Shown here: piece by piece, positions 37,387 through 50,104 of the stretch
How the letters are laid out: every line of letters begins with the position of its first letter
How positions within the stretch are numbered: position 1 is the first letter of the stretch
From: Malacoraja senta
Taxonomy: Eukaryota
NCBI GenBank assembly: GCA_038087875.1
Contig: CM075997.1
Coordinates: 5,210,001 to 5,274,000 of the forward strand
Direction: 5' to 3'
Length of the DNA: 64,000 nt
Program-made: the position numbers and the translations under genes
The notes under the pieces: generated by a model
What the model was told of the DNA's origin: nothing
What the model saw: the letters and a program-made list of their open reading frames with translations, nothing else
The model's database searches: none

Positions 37387-38797
37387 AAATGCTTTTATGA
37401 ACAAAATTTAGACCAAAGGAGGATTAGTTTTACAAAAAATTTTATTTTATTTTTGGGCAGTTAATGTCAAAAATATGAATTTTTGGCTGGAAGATATGGA
37501 TCAACAACCAGACTGGTTAAAGATGGAAAAGGAAGATTGTTTGCCTTTTGAAATTGGGCCGATCCTGTTAGCTCCTACAAAATTGAATTAAAATATCTAT
37601 AGTGAAAACCCTATAATATATAGTGGTATTCGAATTTGGAAACAACTAAAAAAGACATTAAAATTGGATAATTTGTCACTTTCTCTCCCCATTGCAAATA
37701 ATCCTTCATTTAAACCCTCAGTGTTGGATAAAGGTTTTGTACAATGGAAAAATCATGGAATTAAAAAGATGGGACATCTTTAGAGAAACGGTATTTTTCT
37801 CTCGTTTCAGGAACTACAACAGAATTATGGATTACATTTAAATAATGTTTTTAGATACTTATAACTTAAAGATTATGTTAAATCACATACACAAGAATAC
37901 AGAACTAGAGAACCAGAGATTCCAGATGAATGTTTGAATAAACACCCTAATACAGTTAAATTAATATCTTATATTTATAATACTCTTTTAGACAGTGAGA
38001 TTCCGTCGACGGAATTATATAGACTAGCATGGGAAAAGGAATTAGCCCAACCTATAACAAAAGATATTTGGGATGAAAGTCTACAACATATACATCAATG
38101 CTCATTAAATACCAGACACTCTTTAATACAATTTAAAGTACTACATAGACTGCATTATTCAAAAACAAAATTAAATAGAATCTTTCCTAATATCTCTCCT
38201 ATCTGTGATAAATGCCAATACTCGGCGGCTAATTTAACCCATACTTTTGTAAATTGTATAAAAATTAAAAATTACTGGATGGATATTTTTAAAATAATCT
38301 CTGTAGTTGTTAATACTCAACTGGATCCCGATCCTAAATTAATAATATTGGGCATATCAGAACAATACCTAAAACATACAACAAACCAAAGAAATTTCCT
38401 TGATTACAGTATTATAATTGGGAAAAAATTAATATTAAAATTTGGAAAAACCCTGCAACCCCCACAATTAAGATGTGGATTATGGAGATGTCGGAGACCT
38501 TACATTAGGAAAAAATTAGATATGTCTTAAGTGACAAACCAGAATTATTTACTGAAATATGGTCTCCATTTATAGATTATTTGAAGGTGTAAGATTGGGC
38601 CGGTGCGGAGGCCTGACTGAAACCGGAACCCAGGACTAGATGAATAGTTATGTTTTCTGACTCTGACCTGAAACCTATCTCCTAAGTTGTATTATTGATA
38701 GTTTATCTTATTTTTTTTCTAATTTCTTCTCTTTTATTTTTTTATTTTCTTATCTATAAAAAAAATGTAAAAAAATAAATAAAAATAAAATAAAAAT
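37387..38797 (+). mobile_element. 5'-truncated L1-clade LINE with poly(A) tail
   Basis: AT-rich ORF2 C-terminus KGGLVL...YFWAVN, LIQFKVLHRLHYSKTKL...CDKC...LTHTFVNC (CCHC); T-rich UTR and A-rich tail 38758-38797. Confidence 0.9.
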
Positions 38798-38909
38798 GAC
38801 CTCGATGTGTGACTGGAGTCTTGAAGAACTGCTTTTTGAGATGTATTTGAGGTCGGTGGAGATGGGCTGTTGTGACCTCCCCTGTTATCCCGCTAACACT
38901 CACACCTCA

Positions 38910-39175
38910 TTGAACACCTCATATTTCGCTTGGGTAGTTTACACCCCAGCGGTATGAACATTGACCTCTAATTTCAGGTAGTCCTTGCTTTCTCCCTCTT
39001 TCCCCTCCCCTTCCCAGCTCTCCCACAGCCTACTGTCTCCACCTCTTCCTTTCTTTTTTCCTGCCCCCCCTCCCACCCCCAAAGAAGGGTCCCCGACCCG
39101 AAACGTCACCTATTCCTTCGCTCCACAGATGCTGCCTCACCCGCTGAGTTTGTCCAGCATTTTTGTCTCCCTTCA
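38910..39175 (+). mobile_element. Penelope GIY-YIG end plus pLTR (similar pieces at about 20965-21410 -, 43440-43872 +, 10165-10870)
   Basis: EHLIFRLGSLHPSGMNIDLSNFR* followed by a pyrimidine-rich UTR and gaagaagggtccccgacccgaaacgtcacc. Confidence 0.8.
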
Positions 39176-41459
39176 ATGAACAGCAGATTCACTTTAGTCC
39201 AGAGATACAGCTCAGAAACAGGCCCTTCGACCCACCGAGTCTGCGCTGACCATCGATCACGCTGTACACTAACACTATCCTACACACTAGGAACTATTTA
39301 CCATTTTAACAAATCCAATTAACCAACAAACCTATACGTCTTTGGAGTGTGGGATGAAACCGGAGCACCTGGAGAAAACCCACGTGGTCCCAAGGAGAGC
39401 GTACAAACTCTGTGCAGACAGCACCCGTAGTCAGGATCGAACCCGGGTCTCTGGTGCTGTGAGGCAGCAACTCTACTGCTGCGCCACCATGCCACCCCAC
39501 ATCATTATAAATATCAATAAAATCAGATATTAAATCCCATTCACGTTTGTTGGATCGACATAACTTCAGATAAACTTTCCATATGGCGGCCGTGGTGGGC
39601 AGAGGACAAGATCGTTGCCGGTGACTCAGCTGGGGTTGGCTGACGGAGGCGCCCTGAGTCACGGGGGCAGCGGGAGGCGAGGAGACGGCACCTTCGTGGG
39701 TCAACATGTCCGGGTCGACGTGTCGGTGGATTGGGCCGCTGGAGACCCTGCAGCAGCCTGGGGCTCGATTGAGAATAGAACAGTAGAGCACACGAACAGG
39801 CCCTTCGGCCCACAATGTCCGTGCTGAACATGATGCCAACTTAAACTAATCTACTCTGCCTGCACGTCAGCCACATCATTCCCCGCATATCCATGTGCCT
39901 CTTTCACAGTCTCATAAACGCCACTATCGTATCAGCCTCCACCACCACCCCTGGCAGCACATTCCAGGCACCCACCACCCTCTGTGTAAAAACTTGTCCC
40001 ACACATCTCCTTTAAACTTTGTCCTTCTCACCTTAAAGCAATGCCCTCTAGTTAAGTTTAGTTTAGTTTAGCTTAGAGATAGAGAAACATGCCTTCAGTC
40101 CATCGGGTACGCACCACCAGCGATCCCCGCCACATTAACACTGTCCTACACGCACTGGGGCCAATTTTTACATTTACACCAAGCCAATTAACCTACAAAC
40201 CTGTACGTCTTTGGAGTGGGGGAGGAAACCGAAGATCTCGGAGAAAACCCATGCAGGTCACACGGAGAACGTACAAACTCCGTACAGACAGCACCCGTAC
40301 TCTTTGACATTTCTACCCTGGGAAAAAGGTTCTGGCTGTCTACCCTATCTATGCCTCTCATCATTTATGTAGTTTTATCAGGTCTGCCCACAACCTCCAA
40401 AGTTCCAGAGAAAATAATATAAGTTTGTTCAGCCTCTCTTTAAAGCTGTAGAAACAAGGAACTGCAGATGCCGTTTACAAAAGAAGTCGCAAAGTGCTGG
40501 AGTAACTCAAAGGGGTCAGGCAACATATCTGGAGAACATTGATAGGTGACGTTTCGGGTTAGGGGCTTCTTCCGACTGATTGTGGTGAGTGGGGGAGAAA
40601 GATGGAAGAGAGAAGGGGCACGGTGGCGCAGTGGTAGAGTTGCTGCCTCACAGCGCCAGAGACCCACGTTTGATCCCGATTACGGGTGCTGTCTGTACGG
40701 AGTTTGCACGTTCTGCCCATGACCTGTGTCGATTTTCTCAGAGATCTTTGGTTTCCTCCCCAACTCCAAAGATGTACAGGTTTGTAGATTAATTGGCTTG
40801 GTGTAAATGTAAATTGTCCCTAGTGTGGGTAGGGTAGTGTTAATGTGTGGGGATCGCTGGGCAGTGCGGATTCGGTGGGGTCCAACGGCTAGTTTCTTGC
40901 GTTGTATCTCTAAAAATAAACGACAAATCCTGGTGAGTGATAGGCAGGTACAGGTGAAGGGTTTTGATAGACAGATGGTTGGACAAAGACCAGATTCCAT
41001 GTTAAGGTGGACGTGAACCTGTATCTCACCAAGAAGGAATGCGTGAGTCATAGAAACATATAAAACATTGAAAATAGGTACAGGATTAGCCCATTCAGCC
41101 CTTCATGCCAGCACCGCCATTCAATATGATCATGGCTGATCATCCAAAATCAGTACCCCGTTCCTGCTTTCTCTCCATATCCCTTGATTCTGTTAGCCCC
41201 AAGAGCTAAATCTAACTCTCTCTTGAAAACATCCAGTCAATTGGCCTCCACTGCCTTCTGTGGCAGAGAATCCCACATATTCACAACTCTCCTGGGTGAA
41301 AACAAATAACTGTTGAAACCACACGAGGAGTACTGTGTGAGGTTCTATCACCCAGCGACAGGACCCGTGAGTTCCTCCAACACTTCAGTTCAATCTGGAC
41401 CACACCTCCTCCCACCCGTATCTCTCCCACTCCCAATGTCTCCATCTTGTCCACATCTA

Positions 41460-42220
41460 GTGGTGTCTCGTGGTGGTGGTGCTGTGTCTGAAGCTGCGAC
41501 TCCCTGCAGTCTGTCTGTCTCTCTTCCTTCTCTGTCTCATCATTAATGTTAGATGTATGTAATAGTCTATTTTCAGTTGTGTATTATGTGTGTGGGGGTG
41601 GGGGGGGTGGGAGGAGGAACTTTTAAAAATCTCTTTCTTCAATGCCGATGCGACTTTTTCCGTGTCGTATCTCCGTTCGCGCTGAGGCCTAACATCGTGG
41701 AGCTAGGTGACCTGCAGCTGGGATCGACCTCGAGGGCTCCGATCGCAGAGCCTGTGGACTCACGACGCCAGCTGACTTTCGGAGGCTGTGGTGGCGCTGC
41801 GATTGCAGCTGCTTCTCTACTTCGGAGGCTTCGGCCGTGGGACCTGCGGGGAACTCGCAGGTCCCTGGTTGGCGCGACCGACCTTTCAGGAGCTCCAGCC
41901 ACAGCAGCTTCATCCGCCCCGAATCACAAGGCTTGAATCGGCCCGTTGGCTGGGACTTTCATCGCCCGGCGCGGCTCACCCGTGAGATCTTCCATTGCCT
42001 GGCGGGGGCTTCAATATCGGGAGCCTCGATCGCCACGACACGGCAGTTTGACTGCCTGACCGCGGGAGAAGAAGCAAGGAAGAGAGAAGACTTTTTTTAC
42101 CTTTCATCACAGTGAGGAGGTGCCTGGAAGAGAGTCACTGTGATGGATGTTTGGTAAATGTATGTCATTGTGTCTTTCGTTTGCTTTTTATTGCTATGGA
42201 TGTACAGTAACGACATCTCA
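41460..42220 (+). repeat. GC/CpG-rich unclassified interspersed repeat
   Basis: Ends in hairpin catcacagtga...tcactgtgatg; a related hairpin (ccatcacagcgctgtgatgg) with similar flanks occurs at about 55620-55645. No convincing coding signal. Confidence 0.45.
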
Positions 42221-42224
42221 ATTC

Positions 42225-42388
42225 AATTCCAATCTGCTCCCAAGATTAGGCTTTCCATTCTAGGGCATCCGAGATATCCTCTTCCTTTAGTACATGTGGC
42301 CTCTCCCCAGCTGTCATAGATAGTTCCACCACCCCCGTCTCCTCAGTGCCCCCGTAGCTTTGCTCTACGCCTCCCCCCTCCCTACGGA
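42225..42388 (+). mobile_element. Degenerate Penelope RT C-terminal fragment next to the gap
   Basis: ICSQD*AFHSRASEISSSFSTCGLSPAVID, resembling the PLE RT tail (ICSQDE.FH.R..EM..FF..RG.P). Confidence 0.55.
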
Positions 42389-42588
42389 NNNNNNNNNNNN
42401 NNNNNNNNNNNNNNNNNNNNNNNNNNNNNNNNNNNNNNNNNNNNNNNNNNNNNNNNNNNNNNNNNNNNNNNNNNNNNNNNNNNNNNNNNNNNNNNNNNNN
42501 NNNNNNNNNNNNNNNNNNNNNNNNNNNNNNNNNNNNNNNNNNNNNNNNNNNNNNNNNNNNNNNNNNNNNNNNNNNNNNNNNNNNNNNN
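42389..42588. other. Assembly gap (200 N)
   Basis: Run of n; contiguity and distance across it are unverified. Confidence 1.
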
Positions 42589-44609
42589 GGCTCTGTATTT
42601 TCATATTGAATGGCGGTGCTGGCTTGAAGGGCCGAATGGCCTACTCCTGCACCTATTGTCTATGTTTCTATGGTCCTAGACTCTTCCACTAGTGGGAACA
42701 TCTTCTCAGCCCAGGGTTTCATATAACACAGAACAATACAGCACAGGAACAGGCCCTTCAGCCCACAATATCTGTGCAAGTCATGTTTGCAAAGCATTCT
42801 CTGCCCGCATGGGTTGCTGCCTGTCAGGGACAATATTAGTGGTATGATATTGTTTATTATTGTCACATGCACCGAGATACAGTGAAAAATGTCTGCTGGC
42901 TTAGTTTAGTTTAGTTTAGCTTAGTTTAGTTTAGTTTAGAGATACAGCATGAAAACAGGCCCTTCAGCCCATCCGAGTCCGTGTCGACCATTAACACTAT
43001 CCCACACACACTAGGGACAATTTACACTTGTACCAAGTATACAAACCCAAGCCAATTAACCTACAAACCTGTCCGTCTTTGGAGTGTGGGAGGAAATGGA
43101 AGATCTCGGAGAAAAAACAGTCTGTAACTTTATAGTCGAAGTAAATCATACTCTACATGTGAACAATCTGAGTAGTTGAACGTATACAAGTTGAACAGGT
43201 AGTAGTGCTGAGAGAGAAAATATCAGTGCAGAATATGGTGTTACTGCCTTATAGCGGTACAGTTAGAGAGAAAAACTCCAAGGGCCGAGAAGGGATAGGT
43301 TGGAAGATCAGAACTACCCCCTAGCTGATAACAGGAGGGAAGAAGTTGTTCCTGAATCTGGCAACACATTCTCACAGGGTGTTGCATCTTCTCTCTGACA
43401 AGAGAGGGGAGAAGAGGGAATGATCGCTGTGAAAAAATATTTGATTTCTCTAACTTCAAGTAGCCCTTGCATCCCCTCTCTCTCCACCCCTCCCCCACCC
43501 CTGGTCGTCGTACTAGTTTCACTGTTGAGTTTCACTGTTTGTATCCACATGTTTTCACCTACCCCACAGCCAACAATGGACCATTGTGTGCTCCACATTT
43601 CCATGATCATCATTGCTTTTTGCATAACTTTCATTCATTTGCAGTGCTGGCTCGAAGGGCCGAATGGTCTACTCCTGCACCTATTGTCTATTTCTCCTAT
43701 GTACCTTCTATATCTTTCGGTTCCCGTTCCCTGGCTTTCAGTCTGATGAAGGGTCTCGACCTGAAACATCATCTATTCCTTCTCTCCAGAGATGCTGCCT
43801 GAACCGCAGAGTTACTCCAGCTTTTTGTGCCTATCTTCAGTTTAAACCAGCATCTGCAGTTCCTTCCTACACATTTGATTTTGTTGGCTGGTTCCTCAAA
43901 GCAGCGTGAAGTGTAGAAGGAGTCAACGGTAGGGAGTCTGGTCTGTGTGATGGACTGGGCTACATTGAGAGCTCTCTGTAACGGTCTTGGGCAGGGCTGT
44001 TCCCAAAGCAGGATTCTGGTGTTAATTCTGGGCATCGATCAAAGGTTAATTCCTAATTAGGAATTATGCGACGGTTTATTCCATCACATTTATTCCTTGC
44101 AGGGATATGCAAGAAAGAAATCAGAAAATTCTAGGAATTTGATACAAAACAAAAATGCTTGGAATGCACATTTAAAATTTATTTTCTAATTCATATGTTA
44201 TAGGAACAGAATATACCATTCGGCCCATCAAGTCTACTCCGCCATTCAATCATGGCGGATCTATTTTTCCCTTTCAGGGCAGGATGTGATGATGTGGCCC
44301 TTGTTCAGGTTCAGTCTAGTTTATTGCCACGTGTACCGGGATACAGTGAAAAGCTTTTGTTGTGTGCTAACCAGTCAGCAGAAAGACAATATATGATTTA
44401 TTTGATCCAGGTTGCTGCACTAAAGAGCGTTTAATTTCCCACTTATGCACTATTAAGAAGAATACTTTGCAGATGGATCTTTTGAAAATTCCCAGTGATA
44501 ACTGGATGAGCTGTGAACTTTATAGCAGACTGCCAGAAGGCAAGCCCTCACTCAAATATCAAATATCTATTGCAAGCGTGAAACACTGGCTGGTTTATTA
44601 CACAATCTG

Positions 44610-45040
44610 TACAACACCGGCTGACGCTTCTAAGGCCGCCTGGGTCAAGATGAGACGGAGAGACCAGTGGAAGTCAGCGGAACCATCTAGGCTACACCAT
44701 TACATCGATGACCCCATGGACGTCCCTGGCCAGGACCTGCCCCGAAAGCAGTGGACAACCCTCAACAGCTTGAGGACAGGCGTCGGACGCTATGGAGTAG
44801 CGATGAAGAGGTGGGGCCTCGTGGACAGCGAGTGCCTCCTGCGAGTGTGGGGACCCAACACAGACAGTGGAGCCCACACATGGTCACCAGTTGCCCCAAA
44901 CACCGGCCACCGAACGGTGAACGAGGTCTGATTGACCTGGACGATGACACGTTGGCCTGGCTCGCCTCAACGGAGCTGCCGGTCTAAAAGACATACGACA
45001 GAAGAAGAAGAAGAAGAAGAAGAAGAAGAAGAAGAAGAAT
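44610..45040 (+). mobile_element. Vingi/Ingi-like LINE 3' end
   Basis: VPGQDLPRKQWTTLNSLRTGVGRYGVAMKRWGL...C.CG..QT..HMVTSCP...LAWL, then CATACG and a (GAA)n tail. Confidence 0.75.
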
Positions 45041-45899
45041 AGATTTTATTTATATAGCGCTTTTCAGGAACTAGTAAGTCAAGAGTCAAGTGTTTAATTG
45101 TTATTTGTACTGATAATGGAACAATGAAATTCTTACTTGCAACAGCATAACAGGCCTGCAAACACGATACACATAGATAATATACAATAAACAAAAAATA
45201 TATAATTTAATAGGGCGGCACGGTGGCGTAGCGGTAGAGTTGCTGCCTCACAGCGCCAGAGACCCGGTTTTCGATCCTGACTACGGGTGCAGTCTGTATG
45301 GATTTTGGACGTTCTCCCCAGGACCTGCGAGGGTTTTCTCCGGGTGCTCCGGTTTCCTCCCACACTCCAAAGATGTACAGGTTTCTAGGCTGCTATAATA
45401 GTAAGATTAAACGAGAACTTACCAGTTTGAAGTTTGATCTGTATTTTATGAGGAGTTACGATGAGGGATTACGTGAAGACCCCGTCCAGCACGCATGCGC
45501 GACATTCTTCAAAGCAGCGGTGTGGAATCACAGGAAACACAATAATTGAAATAAACATAGTAAAGAAAAGGAGAACTAAGATACCTGTTGATCTCTATAA
45601 TTGAGGGTGGGAGCGGAGGGCACGTAATCCCTCATCGTAACTCCTCATAAAATACAGATCAAACTTCAAACTGGTAAGTTCTCGTTTAATCTTACTATTT
45701 TACTTCGGAGTCACGTGAGTGACTTCGTGAAGACTTCAAAGCTCTGTGATTTCAAACCGTGTAACAGTTCATACTTCACTCGCTGCCGAAGTCATTCAAG
45801 GGAGGAAGTATGTTATCGTAATCAACCATAATCTGTTTGTAAACAATAATGGTATCTATTAAACAATAACAAAAGACAAAATGCTCCCCCGGGCTTAAA

Positions 45900-46161
45900 T
45901 TATATAATTTTGCAGATTTTAAAACTCTTTCTGCAAATAACACAGGTTCTGCTAGCGGCTTGTGGTAGAACGTTTGGAACGTTTTCTCCATGTTCATTCT
46001 TTTAGCCGCCGATGTGGATGCTGCCCTGGTGGAGTGAGATGTATATACATCAGTATCTACTCCAGTAGCTCCCAGTACCTGCTTGAGCCATCTCGAGATG
46101 GTTTGGCTCGACACCCAACCATGAGGTTTCTTGTGGCTGACCCATAAGGCTTTTTAATTTA

Positions 46162-46199
<38 letters not shown>

Positions 46200-46890
46200 T
46201 TTTCCTTCTCCCTCGAGAATCTCTTGTGTTGATGTAAGTGAATAAGTGAGTCATGACACACAACCGTAGGTCAGGTGGGTATGCCCGGAAATCCATAACT
46301 AGGACTCAAGTTCCTGGCTTGCTCTGCTTTAGCAGCTCCTGAATGGTGAATGAGACCCGGTCTGGTGTTATAACCATGTTGTCCAGTCGCAGTAAGTGGA
46401 GGGACTGGACTCTTTGTGCTGAGACTAGTAGCATCAGCATGACCGTTTTCAGGGTTAGCTTTTCCAGGGTGAGAGACCTGGCTGGGGACCATCCCCTTAG
46501 GTATGTCACGACCACACTGACATCCCAGATTTGTGTATACCTAGGTCTAAGAGGGTTGGAGTTGACGATACTCCTCATGAGTTTGATCACCAGCGGGTGA
46601 GACCCTATGGCCTGTTGTCCTGGCACCTGTTTTAAGTAGGCTGACAGCGCACGTCTGGCAGTATTGATGGCGCTGTAGCTCAATCCTTCATTATGGTGAA
46701 GGCCCCCCAGGAACTCCAGTACATTGGTTATGGTTGCAGATGAGTACGTTGTCCCAGTAGTCGAGCAGTATCTTTCCCACTTCCTGATGCTCGATAGGTA
46801 TTGTTTCCTGGTGGACATACGGTGTCATCATGTTGATGGTCCTGTCAGACAATCCCAGTCCCAGCAGTGGTCTTTTGATAATCTGCAACC
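45900..46890 (-). pseudogene. DIRS tyrosine recombinase, disrupted
   Basis: STRKQYLSSIRKW...LSYSAINTARRALS...HPLV...PRY..IWDV...LTLKTVMLMLLVSAQRVQSL; C-terminal ISRWLK...SHSTRAASTS...TFQTFYHKP. Confidence 0.9.
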
Positions 46891-46929
46891 CAGTAGGTTA
46901 ATTTTGGCATGGCATGGATGACTTATGCC

Positions 46930-47300
46930 TGATACAGGGTGCGTCAATAGGTCTGGGCTACTGGGAAAGGTCATAGGAGTGTCGATGACCATGTCGAGGA
47001 CCACTGGGAATCATGGCTGTGTAGGCCAGTTGGTACTATCAAAATACCTGAAGCAGAGTCCATCTGTATTTTGCGTAGTACCCTACAGATTAAGGCAGAA
47101 GGGGAAAAAGCATAGAAGAAATCTGTCCCCCAGTTCAGCCCGAATGCATCTATCGCTGCTGCCTCAGGGTGTGGTTCCCAAGGGACATACATTGGTACGT
47201 GGTGATTTAGTCTGGATGCAAAGAGATCGATATCTGGTGTGCCATATTGGTTTGTAATTTTAGCAAAGCTCTAGGATTTAACATCCATTTGGTGTTTATC
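46930..47300 (-). pseudogene. DIRS-associated DNA adenine-methyltransferase-like domain, disrupted
   Basis: YGTPDIDLFASRLN...IDAFGLNWG..FYAF(x)P..LICRVLRKI....ILIVP.WPTQP, the typical DIRS1 MT domain after RNase H. Confidence 0.8.
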
Positions 47301-47309
47301 ATTGAATTT

Positions 47310-48720
47310 GCATGACCTGGCACTGTATTTAGCTTACCTGGTAGGTAAGTTGCTGATAGCCAAATATGTCTATCGACCCACCATTACCAGATTGTGTTGA
47401 CCCAATTGTCACATGATATCGATTTTATTCCGGCCATATGGTTAATATAGGCCACCACCGTGATATTATCAATTTGTAAATGAACATGCAAGTTGTGCAT
47501 ATTCCTAGAATATGCTTTAAAACCATAAAACGCACCCAACATTTCCAAATAATTTATGCCCAGTGTTTGTAGTAAAGACGAGTCTAGGTTAGTCCATCTA
47601 CCACCTGTGCTGGATATGGTATTAGTTGCTCCCCAGCCTTGAGCACTGGCATCTGTTTGTATAGTTAACGTTGGGTTATTGATGATGATAGGGCTGGAAC
47701 TATGCCAAATGTGTTATATCCACCATTGTAACTCTGATATTGCTTCAATGGGTAGTTTCATGGATCTGTCAAAGTGACCTGCATGTCGTTTCAACGCCTG
47801 TACTTTTGCCCTTTGTAGGTGCTGATAGTGCAGGAGTCCAAATTGTGTAGCTGAAAATGCTGCTACCATTTTGCCAATTACTCTTGCCACTTGTGGGATG
47901 GTTGGCCGATTGCTTACCATTAAATTGTTGCACATCTGTGCCAATTCTGCTGCTTTACCTTTTGGCAACGTTACAGACATGTGGATTGAGTTAATTGAAT
48001 CCCAGATAGTCCATAGTTGTGGATGGCGTCAACTTAGATTTATCTGGATGTATGACAAACCCAGGGTTTCAAACTATTATTTGGTAGCTAATACAGCTGA
48101 TTTAGCCAACTCCATGGTTTTGCCAACTATTAGGATATCATCAAGTTACGCCATGACAATATGTCTTTGTTTCGCTAATGTTGCCAAGGCTGGTTTTAAT
48201 ATCTTGGTAAATAGTCTAAGGCTGATGTTAACCCATTAGGCAATACTTTATACTGCCATAGTTGCCCCATCCAGGTAAATTTTCAGGTATCTGCGATGAC
48301 CCTTGTGAATGGGTACTGAATAGTAGGCATATTTTAGATCAATGCTTGCCATAAAGTATCCTTGGAAATCAGTTGTTTAGCAGTTACAAATGTTTCCATT
48401 TTGAAATGTACATACTTAACAAAGGTATTTAGTGAGGTTAAGTCAATGATGATGCGACATCCACCATCTTTACTACTTTTGGTAAATATATTTGAGACAA
48501 ATTCCAAAGGTTCATGTTTGGATTTCTCAATGACACCCTTTGTAAGTAACCTCACCAGTTCTGCTTGAGCCTCTAGTTCTCTTTGACTGAGAGGGTAAAG
48601 ACCCTTTGGGTACGTGCTGAACTGGTGGCATGTTTTCGTGAATGAACTCTATTTTGTATCCCCGAATACTGTTAAGTATATAACTATCATTCGTGAGACA
48701 CCTCCTGTTAGTACAGTTCC
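47310..48720 (-). pseudogene. DIRS reverse transcriptase / RNase H, disrupted
   Basis: LLTKGVIEKS...FVSNIFTKSSKDGGCRIIIDLTSLNTFV...HFKMET; IDLKYAYYSVPI; YLDD motif mutated to VMA*LDDIL (about 48130-48157); RNase H TDASAQGWGA...INYLEMLG...IDNITVVAYIN. Confidence 0.9.
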
Positions 48721-48849
48721 CCATTTACATGCTGGTAGGAACCAAACCCACCTACCTCCATAGTTATGGTAGTGTTCCTTTCTTCCGTTTGTTCATCCGT
48801 CGTTATACTGCTGGATGTACTGCTGATGTACTGCTGATTGGGGGTGGCG

Positions 48850-50104
48850 CATTTTCCATGGGGTCCGCTCTGGGCCCTGGCCTAAAAAGGCTTTCGGGGA
48901 TAGTATGCGGACCCCGAGCTTTCACCAGTGACATAAATTTGACCTTGACTGGTGGACGCGGTGGGGTACTGCCGTCTGGTTTTTTGTGTGGGTCTGCTCG
49001 TTCCGGGGCCTGCCCTCATGAGGCCAAATGCTTTGGACTCCTCCTCCAGGTCTTTCACTTGTCCTTCCAAATAACAGGATCTGCGGCTCTGAGGCCGGTG
49101 TTTTACACAGTCCTGCAAACCTGGGATTGAGGGCAGGTCTTATTCTCTCCTTGCGGAGGTTATTTATCTCATATTGGGTGTAGCACAGCAGAGCCAGAGT
49201 GTCTTGCTGGTTTGTGGTCATATCCACCCCATCCACGGAACGAGCATAGGCTGTTATCCCTGTCGTCAGGAGCTTGAGGATTTTAGCTCCTGGTTCCGGA
49301 TACTCTGTCCCCCCCCCCCCAGATTTGGCTGTTAACAGCCGGTACATTGAGCGAACTGCAGTTTTCCAGCTCTAGTGCCTCATTAAGTACCTGTCTTGTA
49401 GGGGTTTGAGGGACAGGTGGTTGATGCTGGCCGCCAGTTTTGGCTCCAATGGCCGCCCTGCTCGTGGTGAAACCACGTAGCGGATCTCCACACCCAGCAG
49501 CTCTTCCTGATCCTGTACCCCAAGCGTACTCCCGACATCTTCAGCCAATGACCCCTCTTCCTGACCAGCCCAGCCCTGGTCGCCAACGCTGCCCTGCTTT
49601 GAGGGGAAAGCGATGGCCAGTGCATTTATAGAGCACTGCTGTGGGAGTGCCTGATCCCCCTGGCGAGACTGCTGTAGCTCCTGAAGCAAGTCTCGCTGGA
49701 GCAGTTGCTCCATGAGCCTTTTCATTCGGCTCAGGCGGCTAGCTCTGCCGCTCTAAGTCGGACCCTCCTCATCGGAGTCAGACATAACCGGCCGGTTTGT
49801 TTGTTTGTTTGTTTGTTTAAACTTTTCCTCCAGCCCGCTGCCGCTCATCAGGCTGCGCTAGCGGGACTGGGCTCGGCTCGGTCTCGATGAGGGTGGACCG
49901 CCGCATATGCGGTCCAGGTGCCGCCTCTCGCCCCCCACTGATGGAACACTCCCGTTCTGTTGGAGTCGTACGGGGGGCGGTTTTCTTCCTTTGCCGTGCT
50001 GCTCCTGTTCCCAGTTCCTCTGGAATAGAGAGCAGAGCAGAGCACAGCTTGCGGATTACGACCTCAGTGTGAGACTTACCTGAAGGTCCGCTGTTTATTT
50101 TCAC
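48850..50104 (-). pseudogene. DIRS gag-like ORF1, frameshifted
   Basis: Overlapping - strand ORF pieces (49817-50104, 49372-49725, 48922-49347: ...ALALLCYTQYEINNLRKERIRPALNPRFAGLC...LLFG) located 5' of the RT. Confidence 0.7.

Noticed and set aside
42360..42692. ORFs spanning X residues
   Set aside because: Artefacts of the N gap.
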